DNA of 64,000 nt from Minisyncoccota bacterium (lineage in GTDB: Bacteria > Patescibacteriota > Minisyncoccia > Phycocordibacterales > JAACPR01): the NCBI GenBank assembly GCA_041674225.1, contig JBAYWG010000001.1:254667-318666 (forward strand), in the 5' to 3' direction. Positions 51,864 to 60,908 of this stretch are shown here, one piece after another. Numbering within the stretch: position 1 is the stretch's first letter; each line of letters begins with the position of its first letter. The notes under the pieces were generated by a model. The model worked only from the letters and a program-made list of their open reading frames with translations, ran no database searches and was not told the origin of the DNA. Position numbers and translations under genes: made by a program.

Positions 51864-52361
51864 ATGAAAGTTTTTCTAATAGCAGCCGAAACAAAGGATG
51901 AATTTATTGCAAAATCTGATTCTCAAAATTCTATGGATTGGACAAGCGCAGAAGACAAGAAATTTTTTGTCGAAAAAACAAAATCGGCAGGAACTGTAAT
52001 AATGGGAAGAAAGACTTTTGAAACTTTTGGAAGACCACTTAAAGACCGTCGAAACATTGTGATGAGTCGCCAAGAGATTGAAATCCCAGGAGTCGAAGTA
52101 ACTAAAGAATCACCCGAAGAAATCGTAGCTAGATTAAATTTAGAAGGAGTACAAGAATTAGCAGTATGTGGTGGTGCTGAAATTTATAAGATATTTATGG
52201 AAAAAGGTTTAGTTGATGAAGTATTTGTAACTCAAGAAGATGTCGAATTCGGTGAAGGTGTTCCCTTTTTGAACCCTGAATTGCGTCAAAAAATGAAACT
52301 TGTTTCAAGTACAAACTTGTCGGTAAATACGTTATTATTGGAATATAAAGTTGAAAAATAA
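51864..52361 (+). CDS. folA: Dihydrofolate reductase
   Basis: EDKKFF, VIMGRKTFE, PLKDRRNIV, CGGAEIY. Confidence 0.93.
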   Translation: MKVFLIAAETKDEFIAKSDSQNSMDWTSAEDKKFFVEKTKSAGTVIMGRKTFETFGRPLKDRRNIVMSRQEIEIPGVEVTKESPEEIVARLNLEGVQELAVCGGAEIYKIFMEKGLVDEVFVTQEDVEFGEGVPFLNPELRQKMKLVSSTNLSVNTLLLEYKVEK

Positions 52362-52362
52362 A

Positions 52363-53013
52363 ATGTCTATCATCACCAAAAAACAAATACTAGAAAAAAT
52401 TAATGCCGGAGAAATTATTTTTGAACCAAGTCTTGATGAATTTCAACTTCAAGCTCACGCAATCGACTTGAGACTTGGTTACACTTTTCTTTTACCAAAG
52501 AGATGGCACCTTACAGAAAAAGGGCGTGAGGCATTAAACATTGATCACTTGAGCGACCAACGCCCTGATTATTTTGATGTAATTGAATTAGAAAAAACTC
52601 AGACTTTTGATTTACTTCCCGGAGAATATGTTCTGGCTTCTACTCTTGAAACAATTGGAATTCCAGATGATTTGATGGCAATCCTCTACCCTCGATCTTC
52701 TACAAACAGAAAAGGTCTTTCTGTAGATCTTACTGGGATTGTAGATTCTGGATACAAAGGACAATTAGCGATTCCTATTCGAAACAATACAGAATCACAA
52801 ATTATTAAACTCTATCCAGGAGAAAGGTTCTGCCAAATTGTTTTCCAAAAATTAGATGAAAAAGCTGAGATTAAAGAAAGTCGTTATCACCAAAAAGATA
52901 TAATCGAAGGATTCATAAAACAAAACTTCAAAAACGCAGACAAAGACCGGACTGAAGCAAATCTTGTTAAGGAAGGAAAAATCCCAGAACTTAAATCTGA
53001 ACATAAAGTTTAG
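52363..53013 (+). CDS. dCTP deaminase/dUTPase-family protein lacking the catalytic Glu
   Basis: QLQAHAIDLRLG, STLE, RSSTNRKG, VDSGYKGQLAIPIRN, LYPGERFCQ. Confidence 0.85.
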   Translation: MSIITKKQILEKINAGEIIFEPSLDEFQLQAHAIDLRLGYTFLLPKRWHLTEKGREALNIDHLSDQRPDYFDVIELEKTQTFDLLPGEYVLASTLETIGIPDDLMAILYPRSSTNRKGLSVDLTGIVDSGYKGQLAIPIRNNTESQIIKLYPGERFCQIVFQKLDEKAEIKESRYHQKDIIEGFIKQNFKNADKDRTEANLVKEGKIPELKSEHKV

Positions 53014-53028
53014 AAGAGATTTAAATAG

Positions 53029-53124
53029 ATAAAACAAAAAACTGCTTTTGAGAACATCCGCAGGACTGTGTAGCGAAGCTACATTGTCCGAGGACCGTTC
53101 GAAAAAAGCAGTTTTTTGTTTTAT
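53029..53124 (+). repeat. Dispersed hairpin element, copy 2 (between convergent dcd-like gene and rplK)
   Basis: Arms enclosing GAGAAC-ATCCGCAGG(53056)...GCGAAGC...CCGAGGACC(53096)-GTTCGA. Confidence 0.85.
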
Positions 53125-53543
53125 TTTATTTCTACACCCATTGAACGAGCAGAACCCTCAATGATTTTCATCGCAGCTTCTACATCATTCGCACTTAGAT
53201 CTTCCATTTTCTCTTCTGCAATTGCTCGCAGTTGGTCTTTTGTAATTGATCCAACTTTCTTTGTAAGATTATTTCCAGAACCACCTTTAAGTCCAGCAGC
53301 TTTCATAACTAGAAAACTTGCTGGTGGTTTTTTGTATTCTAAATCAAAGCTTCGATCTTCGTACACTGTAACAACTGTTGGTACAATGTCTCCCATTCGA
53401 CTTTGTGTATCTGCGTTGAACCGATTGATAAATTCACTGATATTAATACCAGCTTGCCCTAGAGAAGGTCCAAGTGGAGGAGCTGGAACAGCCTTCCCTG
53501 CCGGTACTTGAAGCTTCAATTGTTTCATTATTTTCTTAGCCAT
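53121..53543 (-). CDS. rplK: 50S ribosomal protein L11
   Basis: [28 protein letters not shown]. Confidence 0.98.
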   Translation of the reverse strand: MAKKIMKQLKLQVPAGKAVPAPPLGPSLGQAGINISEFINRFNADTQSRMGDIVPTVVTVYEDRSFDLEYKKPPASFLVMKAAGLKGGSGNNLTKKVGSITKDQLRAIAEEKMEDLSANDVEAAMKIIEGSARSMGVEIK

Positions 53544-53561
53544 AGGTTTATAGAGATTAGC

Positions 53562-54107
53562 TTAAATTTTCTTAACCTGCAAGAAGTCTAGTTCTACAGG
53601 AGTTTCTCGACCAAACATTGATACAAGAACTTTGATTTTTCCACGTTCTTCATCAACTTCTTCAATTTTCCCTTCAAGCTCTTTGAAAGGTCCATCGATG
53701 ACCATAATCATGTCATCAACATCTAGATTCATTGAGTGTTTTGCAGTATCTTTTTGCATTCTACCAAACAACTCATCAACTTCTTTTTGTTCTAGTGGCA
53801 CAGGGTAAACTCCTGAACCAACGAAACCTGTAACACGAGGTGTGTTTCGAACTACAAACCAAGAATCATCCGTTACAATCATATCCACCAAAACATATCC
53901 AGGATAAATTTTTTCTTCTACTTCAACTCTCTTCCCTGCTTTGATTTTAATTTTCTTTTCAGTAGGAACTATCACATTGAAAATCTTTTCTTCCATTCCC
54001 AATGATTCAGTTCGTTGTTTTAAATTTTTAAGAACAGCGTTTTCGTATCCAGCGTAAGTATGAATTGCATACCAGTTTCGGTCTCTAGAAGGTTGTTGTT
54101 TTGCCAT
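53562..54107 (-). CDS. nusG: Transcription factor NusG
   Basis: WYAIHTYAGYE, YPGYVLV, VRNTPRVTGFVG, MFGRETPVELDF. Confidence 0.98.
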   Translation of the reverse strand: MAKQQPSRDRNWYAIHTYAGYENAVLKNLKQRTESLGMEEKIFNVIVPTEKKIKIKAGKRVEVEEKIYPGYVLVDMIVTDDSWFVVRNTPRVTGFVGSGVYPVPLEQKEVDELFGRMQKDTAKHSMNLDVDDMIMVIDGPFKELEGKIEEVDEERGKIKVLVSMFGRETPVELDFLQVKKI

Positions 54108-54120
54108 ATGAAATTAATTA

Positions 54121-54297
54121 TTAGACGAATAATTTAACGAAGCTAGTAAACAACCAGTCAAATAGACCTAGGTAAGCAGCTACAAAAAGTGAAATAACAA
54201 TAATCAAACTTGTGTAAACTAAAGTTTGTTTTTTTGTAGGCCAAACAACGTGTTTTAGCTCAGCTGATGTTTCTTTTATATAACGAATGATTCCCAT
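54121..54297 (-). CDS. secE: Preprotein translocase subunit SecE
   Basis: ELKHVVWPT plus TM; upstream of nusG. Confidence 0.93.
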   Translation of the reverse strand: MGIIRYIKETSAELKHVVWPTKKQTLVYTSLIIVISLFVAAYLGLFDWLFTSFVKLFV

Positions 54298-54427
54298 ATT
54301 TTTATGTAATTTAAAACGCCCCAAAGGGGCGAACTCCTAGATAATACCGTATTCGGTGGTTGGAGTCAAATAAAAAAGAGTGCCGAGTTTTTGGCTCGAC
54401 ACTCTTGTAAGCGAGGGTTTTTAGGAA

Positions 54428-55138
54428 TCACTCGTCAAAGAAACCTATAATGCAAGCACTGGAGTCAGAAGTGTTTTCGAACAGATCTAGACCGAGTCCG
54501 AATACAGCACTCGATTTAGAACCAATACATGGAACTCTATGGAACTCCGCAGCATCTTTCCAAAGTCGATTTTTTTCATCAAGCGACAAGTACCGCGGAC
54601 CGTCCGGCAACATATCCCGTTTTTGTTCGAAGACAAGCGACGCACCTTGCGCACCGGCAAAGAAGGCGTTTTGACTTGCCAAGAATGCTAAGCGTTCTTC
54701 ATTCGTGGTTATACCATCAACAACCTGCTTGAACACACGAACATGAATTTTGTCTCCAGACTTGAGGATCCTTGATGGGTTCGGGAAGTTCCCGTCAATA
54801 ATATTTTCATTGAAATAGAATTTGCTACGGTTCTGCATACCAAATCTTCCGAGTTGAGTTGCGTGTTTATAGTCGAAAGGAACAATGATAATTCCTAGAT
54901 CTACAATCAGTGTAAATCTTTCAATTGGATTGGTAATTACATTTCTAAACTTCTCCAGAAAATCTGGTAGTCGCTTAAATTTGCCACCACCAAACATTTT
55001 CTCCCTATCATTAAATGAGAGCTTGTTAAACCTCTCCAAATGTTCGAGTGTTATCTGCCCATTCCTGAGCTTCTGTAGCATGTCAATTTGCAAACCAGCC
55101 AATTTGGCCGCGTCTGCGCCGATGTGTTTTGTACTCAT
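54428..55138 (-). CDS. Orphan hypothetical protein
   Basis: TTGACA-17-TAGTTT (55196-55224) upstream; terminator 54376-54406; GC-richer than flanks. Confidence 0.7.
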   Translation of the reverse strand: MSTKHIGADAAKLAGLQIDMLQKLRNGQITLEHLERFNKLSFNDREKMFGGGKFKRLPDFLEKFRNVITNPIERFTLIVDLGIIIVPFDYKHATQLGRFGMQNRSKFYFNENIIDGNFPNPSRILKSGDKIHVRVFKQVVDGITTNEERLAFLASQNAFFAGAQGASLVFEQKRDMLPDGPRYLSLDEKNRLWKDAAEFHRVPCIGSKSSAVFGLGLDLFENTSDSSACIIGFFDE

Positions 55139-55252
55139 CGTTTTCCTTTCGTTTTTAGTTTATTTCTTGCACCCATATCAAAGTGCTTTGTCTAAAAACT
55201 ACAACACAAAGAGTTCTTTGTCAATCTGAGATTAAACAACATATAAACCTTA

Positions 55253-55347
55253 AAAACAAAAAATCTCTGAATTTGAGAACATCCGCAGGGAGCATAACGC
55301 AGTTATGTGAACCGAGGACCGTTCGATAATTCAGAGTTTTTTGTTTT
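55253..55347 (+). repeat. Dispersed hairpin element, copy 3
   Basis: Arms enclosing GAGAAC-ATCCGCAGG(55281)...ACGCAGT...CCGAGGACC(55320)-GTTCGA. Confidence 0.85.
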
Positions 55348-55360
55348 AGAGACTTAAACT

Positions 55361-56167
55361 TTATCTAATCTCGTATGTCACATAAACTCTACTTGTAACC
55401 TTCTCCTCCCCTGCAGGCAATTGCGGCGCCACAGAAGACTTAGCCATCATTTCAGCACCACCCATTGCGTCGTATCCATAGTAAGGTGATGGACTTGATT
55501 CTTCATTAAAACTCACAACACCCTTCAATTTTACACCCAAACCTTCTGCCAAAGTTTCAGCTTGTGCTTTTGCTTTTTCAATAGCAATCAAACGAGCTTC
55601 TGCTTTAAACTTTTCAGTATCATCTACTTTAAATGAAATTCCTGAAATGTTTGAAACACCAACAGAACCCACCCCTGAAAGTAGTTCTCCAGCTTTTGAA
55701 GTATCTCGTACAGTTACAGAAATTGTTTGACTCACTTCATAACCAACCAGTCTTTGTTCATTTACACAAACATAATCTCGACAAGTTGAATATTCGTATT
55801 GAGGGTACGCATTGTATCCTGTTGTTTCGATATCTTTTTCTTCAATTCCTCTTCCTTTTAGAAAATCAATTGCTGCATTCATTTTTCCTGAAGCAATATC
55901 TTGTGCATCTTCCACTGAAGGACCTCTTTCATTTACAGAAAATGAAAACTCGGCCACATCTGGTACAGCCACCACTTCCCCCTCTCCTGTTACAGAAATA
56001 ACGTTTGAAGGATATGTTGTGTCTCCATCTGCCCAAGCAATCACTTCTGTTACAATTTTTACAAAAAGAAATGTTGCCAATAAACACAAAACTATCACAC
56101 CCATATAAATTGCCTTGCCGACAGCATAAGATCTATCTGAGACAAAACGACTTGAATCTAAACTCAT
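55361..56167 (-). CDS. SIMPL domain (DUF541) protein
   Basis: ISVTGEGEVVAVPDVA, ARLIAIEKAKAQAETLA, PAGEEKVTSRVYVTYEIR. Confidence 0.9.
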   Translation of the reverse strand: MSLDSSRFVSDRSYAVGKAIYMGVIVLCLLATFLFVKIVTEVIAWADGDTTYPSNVISVTGEGEVVAVPDVAEFSFSVNERGPSVEDAQDIASGKMNAAIDFLKGRGIEEKDIETTGYNAYPQYEYSTCRDYVCVNEQRLVGYEVSQTISVTVRDTSKAGELLSGVGSVGVSNISGISFKVDDTEKFKAEARLIAIEKAKAQAETLAEGLGVKLKGVVSFNEESSPSPYYGYDAMGGAEMMAKSSVAPQLPAGEEKVTSRVYVTYEIR

Positions 56168-56202
56168 AAATAATTATTAAATGATAATAACTAATTATAC
56201 TC

Positions 56203-57030
56203 CTATTTTTTGCTAATCAAAAGAAGGTTCTCAAATAAATAAAATACGTTCAAAGGCCCAATTCCACCGGGTACCGGAGTGATTGCAGACACAAGACCCT
56301 TCACAGCTTCAAAATCCACATCCCCTGCCACCTTTCCATCATCAAGCCGACTAATCCCTACATCTATAACTACTTGATCTTTTCCAATATGAAAACTATT
56401 TATTAGGTTTTGCTTGCCCACTGCCACAATCAAGATATCTGCTTGTTTTGTAAAATCCGCCAAGTCACGAGTTTTGTCATGACAAATTGTTACTGTCGCA
56501 TCCCTGTTTAAAAAATGAATCGCCATCGGTTTTCCGACAAGAATTGAATCCCCTACAATCACAACATGCTTCCCAGAAACTTCGATGCTGTATTCTTTCA
56601 AAAGCAAATCCACCGCACCCGCAGTCGCAGGAATAATTCCCGAACCATCATTCATTAATTTCCAAAGATTTTTCGCAGTCAGACCATCAACATCTTTTTC
56701 AGAATCAATCGCGTTGATAATTTTCTCTTTATCAAAATTTGCAGGAAGAGGAAGTTGTACAATAATTCCTTTTACCAATTTGTTTTCATTTCCACTTTTT
56801 ATTTTAGAAATAATTTCTTCTTCGCTCGCAGTTTCTGGCAAATGAGCCACTTCTACATTCACACCAACCTTTTCACCAAACTCAACCTTTTTTGAAACAT
56901 AAACATCAGAAGCCTTATCTTCCCCAACACGCACTATCAAAAGAGTAGATTTATAATCCAATTTTTCAAACTCGTTTTTTAAACCCTCCGATTTTTCGTC
57001 GGCGATTTTCTTTCCTTCTAATAAAATCAT
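56203..57030 (-). CDS. folD: Methylene-THF dehydrogenase/cyclohydrolase
   Basis: GIIVQLPLP, KDVDG, LVGKP, VIDVGI, ITPVPGGIGP. Confidence 0.96.
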   Translation of the reverse strand: MILLEGKKIADEKSEGLKNEFEKLDYKSTLLIVRVGEDKASDVYVSKKVEFGEKVGVNVEVAHLPETASEEEIISKIKSGNENKLVKGIIVQLPLPANFDKEKIINAIDSEKDVDGLTAKNLWKLMNDGSGIIPATAGAVDLLLKEYSIEVSGKHVVIVGDSILVGKPMAIHFLNRDATVTICHDKTRDLADFTKQADILIVAVGKQNLINSFHIGKDQVVIDVGISRLDDGKVAGDVDFEAVKGLVSAITPVPGGIGPLNVFYLFENLLLISKK

Positions 57031-57032
57031 TT

Positions 57033-57176
57033 TTAAAGAATTACAACTGTGATCAAAATCAAAACAAGTAAAACCATCAACATCACACTTGTGACTCTTG
57101 TTTCTTGATTTGAGGTTATCATTAAATCCAACTCTTTATCAAGCTCCACTCCGTTTAAATCTTTTTTATTCTTCAT
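57033..57176 (-). CDS. Small protein (47 aa) with C-terminal TM helix
   Basis: Manual translation MKNKKDLNG...VMLMVLLVLILITVVIL; overlaps upstream ORF and stops 2 nt before folD. Confidence 0.5.
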   Translation of the reverse strand: MKNKKDLNGVELDKELDLMITSNQETRVTSVMLMVLLVLILITVVIL

Positions 57177-57333
57177 TATCTGTTTTTTCCATTTCTGCAA
57201 TTTGTCTCTTTACATCGTTTCTAAAATCACAATCTTCGCATCGTCCAATTTTAGGACCCTCTGCACAAAGACATTGTTCATCTTCAATTGCAGTTTTTGC
57301 AAAACCTAATTCTCTTTCAGAAAATTCTTGCAT
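57166..57333 (-). CDS. Small Cys-containing protein (55 aa)
   Basis: Manual translation MQEFSERELGFAKTAIEDEQCLCAEGPKIGRCEDCDFRND...; starts 11 nt after nrdB stop. Confidence 0.5.
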   Translation of the reverse strand: MQEFSERELGFAKTAIEDEQCLCAEGPKIGRCEDCDFRNDVKRQIAEMEKTDNEE

Positions 57334-57344
57334 AATATTTTTAA

Positions 57345-58319
57345 TTAAGCTTTTGAATTAACTTCGTAGTTTGTGTTTTGTTGTTCGAAAAAGTTCACTA
57401 ATTCCAGAACATCTGTTGATGTCGCCATCCATTTTGCTGGATTTTGTACATTGTAGAATGTTTCGAATCCAAGTTCTTCCAATCTTCTGTCAGCAACGTA
57501 TTTAACATATTGATTTACATAATCAGCGTTCAATCCAAGAATTCCATTTGGGAAAAGCTCTTGGTTGTATGCGATTTCAATCTCAACACCTTTGATTACC
57601 ATGTCTCGAATTTCAGTAGCAAATTCTTCTGTTACAAGATCAGAGTTTTCTTCAAGAATTGTTAGAAGCAATGTCATTCCAAATTTCAAGTGAAGACTTT
57701 CATCTCGTACAATCCAGTTGATCAAAGATCCGAAGTTTCGAAGTTTGTTTCTTTGTCGGAAAGAAAGCATCACCATAAATCCAGAGTAAAACCACACACC
57801 TTCCATGATCACGTTTGTTGCAACAAGGTTTCGAATGAAATCTTTCTTCCCTTCTGGAGATTCGATATCGATTTTGTCTTCTGTCATTCTCTTTGTGAAG
57901 GTTTGCACAAAATTTTCTTTTTCAATCATTGCTGGAACAACTAAATGTTTTCCATAAATTTCTTCTCTGTCCCACGGGAAAGTTTCTAGCATGTATTCGA
58001 AAGTCATACAGTGGTTTGCTTCTTCATACATCCATTTTGCCAAAAATAAGTGGCACTCAGCAGATTTGATATAAGGATAAATTCCAAGTGCAATTGATCG
58101 GTTTACCACAAGCTCAGCAGGGTTCATAAAAGACATGATGAATTTAACAGCATCCACCTCGTCTTCAGTCATTGATTGCAAATCGTCCAAATCCTCTTTC
58201 AAAGGAACCTCTTTTGGAAACCAAGTGTTTGCAACAGCTTGCTCAAACAATTCTCTGGCCCATCCGTATGTTGATGGATAAATGTTGTAATCTTTTTCTT
58301 CTGCTTTTCCAATTAACAT
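57345..58319 (-). CDS. nrdB: Ribonucleotide reductase beta subunit, class Ic-like
   Basis: E69, EEANHCMTF107, MEGVWFYSGF, RDESLH, NFFE..NTNY. Confidence 0.93.
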   Translation of the reverse strand: MLIGKAEEKDYNIYPSTYGWARELFEQAVANTWFPKEVPLKEDLDDLQSMTEDEVDAVKFIMSFMNPAELVVNRSIALGIYPYIKSAECHLFLAKWMYEEANHCMTFEYMLETFPWDREEIYGKHLVVPAMIEKENFVQTFTKRMTEDKIDIESPEGKKDFIRNLVATNVIMEGVWFYSGFMVMLSFRQRNKLRNFGSLINWIVRDESLHLKFGMTLLLTILEENSDLVTEEFATEIRDMVIKGVEIEIAYNQELFPNGILGLNADYVNQYVKYVADRRLEELGFETFYNVQNPAKWMATSTDVLELVNFFEQQNTNYEVNSKA

Positions 58320-58364
58320 AATATTTTCAATTAATAACTTGATTAATAAACCCTACTTATAATT

Positions 58365-60908
58365 CTACTGACAACTATCACAAACAAATCTTTCTTGTGG
58401 ATCTACTGGACCGTCATTCTTTTTTGCGATTACTGGTTCATGTGTTTTTACCTCAGTCGATGAAGGCACAGCTTCTGCTGTCACTTCTTCTGGTACAAAA
58501 GATGTTGCGGCCATTTTTGCTTTCATTGCTCCGAATCCTGTCTTTCCCATTGTCACAGCTTTGTTCACTTTCACCGTAGATTGCTCTGCAGTGTGTCGAG
58601 GTTCCATGTGTAGGTAGTATGTTGTCTTCACACCCTTATCCCAAGCTGTTGAATAAATTTTCATAATCTCTTCATTGTCTCGTGTTCGAAGATACATGTT
58701 TCTAGAAAGTGCTTGATCTACCCATTTTTGTGCACGCGCTGCGATTTCGATAAATGCATAAGGAGAAGTTGTGAAAGATGTTTTGTAAATATCTTTTAGG
58801 TCTTGTGGCATTTCCTCGATTTTTTCTATATCTCCTTGAGTTTCAAAAATACGAGTTCGTAGTTTGTCCCAAAGTCCTCTTTCTTTAAGTGCATTCACCA
58901 AGTTCACGTTGATGTCCAAATATTTTCCTGAGATTTTATTTCGTGAAAACACTTGTGCGAATCTTGGGTCGATTCCAGGAACTGTTCCTCCGATAAGACC
59001 GATGTTTGCGTTTGGAGCAATTGCCATCAGTGTTGCGTTTCTCATTCCCTTCTTAACTTTCTCTCGAAGAATATTCCAATCCAATCCCCCATGCTTTGAA
59101 GATTTATCTACTGTCAAAGGAACTCCTCTTTCTTTTTCCAATTTTTCTAAAGTATCGATTGGCACTTTTCCTTTTGACCATTCAGATCCAGCGAAGTTCG
59201 CATAGCTTCCTCTAACTTGCGCAAGGTTGGCACTTTCATCTATCGCCATGTAGCTCACAAATTCAAATAGACTATCTGTAAAATCATAAGCTTCTTTGTG
59301 TTCATATGACCATCCCATTTTTTCAAACACATCTGCTAACCCCATCACCCCAAGTCCTACAGCTCTGTTGCTTCTGTCTGAATTTGTAGCTTCTTGCACT
59401 GGAAGTTGGTTGATATCAATCAAGTTGTCTAAATGTCTAATTGCAACTCGCACTGTGTTTTCTAGTTTTTGCCAATCAATTTCTTTTCCTTTGATGTGTT
59501 GAGAAATATTTAAAGAAGCCAAGTTACATACAGCGATATTGTCTTTGTCTTGTGGCAAACAAATTTCTGTACACAGGTTCGACATGTGAATTGTTCCAGT
59601 GTTGTTGTTTAGAGCCCGTAGGTTGATTGGGTCTTTGAAAGTAATCCAAGGGTGAGAAGTAGAAACAAGACTTGATGTGATTTGTCGAAATTGTTCTCGA
59701 GCAGGAACTTTTCTGTACATTCGCATTTTTCCAGATTCCGCCATAGCAATATATTCGTTGTATCTTCGTGAAAATGCTTCTCCATAAAGTTCATTCAAAT
59801 CAGGAACTTCTTTTGGATCAAATAAATACCATTGTTCCCCGTTTCTCACTCGCTTCATAAATTCATCAGAAATAAATGCAGCGGTGTCGGCTGTTCTAAA
59901 TCTCAAGTGATCATCTCCGTTGTTGAATCGTGCTTCAACGAATTCAGGAAAATCTAAGTGCCAGTTCTCCATATAAAAAGCTAATGCTCCCTTTTTCTTT
60001 CCTCCTCTTTGAATTGCGCGAATAGCAACATCGATAATTTTCAAAAATGGAATTGGACCTGATGAAACTGTGTTTGAAGAAGTTAGAGGAGAACCAGATG
60101 CTCGAAGTTTTGTAACAGATGCTCCGATACCAGCAGAACCTTTTGAAAGCATCATGATATCTGAAACAGATTTTGCAATGTGATCCATTGAATCGTGAAT
60201 TTCCAAAAGAATACAGTTTGAAAGTGCAGGCATTGATGTTCCTGAGTTTAAGTTTGTTGAACCTCCTGGAAGATACTCTAGTTTTGAAAGTTTTTCATAA
60301 AACTTTTTCGCTTGTTCGTTTGGATTTTCTTCATTGTATGAAAGTCCCATCGCAACTCGCATGAAAGTAAATTGTGGAGTCTCGATTGCTTTTTGGTTTT
60401 CTCCTTTCAAAGCGTATCGGTTTAATAATCCAGAAAGTCCAGCGTAGTTGAAAAGCTCATCTCGAGAAATATCTAAAGCTGTTGCCAAATCTGGTAGATC
60501 AAATTTCTCGATCATTCTTTTATCTAGAAGACCTCGGTCAGTCCATTGCTTTATGTGTTCAGGAAATCTTTTTTGATGAAGAATTTGTGGAGCTTCGTTG
60601 TCTAGTTTGTCGTAATCCCCTAGTACTCGAGCATAAATAGTTTTTAGGAGAATTCTTTTTGCAACAATATCGTAATTAGGGTCTTCTTGAATGTTTTGTA
60701 GAGCAGCATTGATGACAGCTTCGTCCAACTCATCCTCTGTAACACCATCGTACAAAGTAAGAGAAGTCTCTGTAGCCACTTGCATCACCATCTCCGTAGC
60801 ATTCGGTAAATCAGCACAAACTCTTTCAATCGCACGGTTAATTCTATCTGCGTTGAATGTGGCTTTTGTACCGTCGCGCTTTGTGACAGTGATCTCAAGT
60901 GGTGTCAT
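58365..60908 (-). CDS. nrdA: Class I ribonucleotide reductase alpha subunit with ATP cone
   Basis: VTKRDG ATP cone, SNLCTEI, VCNLAS, IAP, KTTYY, C-terminal CDSCQ. Confidence 0.97.
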   Translation of the reverse strand: MTPLEITVTKRDGTKATFNADRINRAIERVCADLPNATEMVMQVATETSLTLYDGVTEDELDEAVINAALQNIQEDPNYDIVAKRILLKTIYARVLGDYDKLDNEAPQILHQKRFPEHIKQWTDRGLLDKRMIEKFDLPDLATALDISRDELFNYAGLSGLLNRYALKGENQKAIETPQFTFMRVAMGLSYNEENPNEQAKKFYEKLSKLEYLPGGSTNLNSGTSMPALSNCILLEIHDSMDHIAKSVSDIMMLSKGSAGIGASVTKLRASGSPLTSSNTVSSGPIPFLKIIDVAIRAIQRGGKKKGALAFYMENWHLDFPEFVEARFNNGDDHLRFRTADTAAFISDEFMKRVRNGEQWYLFDPKEVPDLNELYGEAFSRRYNEYIAMAESGKMRMYRKVPAREQFRQITSSLVSTSHPWITFKDPINLRALNNNTGTIHMSNLCTEICLPQDKDNIAVCNLASLNISQHIKGKEIDWQKLENTVRVAIRHLDNLIDINQLPVQEATNSDRSNRAVGLGVMGLADVFEKMGWSYEHKEAYDFTDSLFEFVSYMAIDESANLAQVRGSYANFAGSEWSKGKVPIDTLEKLEKERGVPLTVDKSSKHGGLDWNILREKVKKGMRNATLMAIAPNANIGLIGGTVPGIDPRFAQVFSRNKISGKYLDINVNLVNALKERGLWDKLRTRIFETQGDIEKIEEMPQDLKDIYKTSFTTSPYAFIEIAARAQKWVDQALSRNMYLRTRDNEEIMKIYSTAWDKGVKTTYYLHMEPRHTAEQSTVKVNKAVTMGKTGFGAMKAKMAATSFVPEEVTAEAVPSSTEVKTHEPVIAKKNDGPVDPQERFVCDSCQ

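Noticed and set aside
47774-53013. Prophage-borne DNA modification cluster
   Set aside because: No phage structural, integrase or polymerase genes; flanked by argS and rplK with host-like composition.
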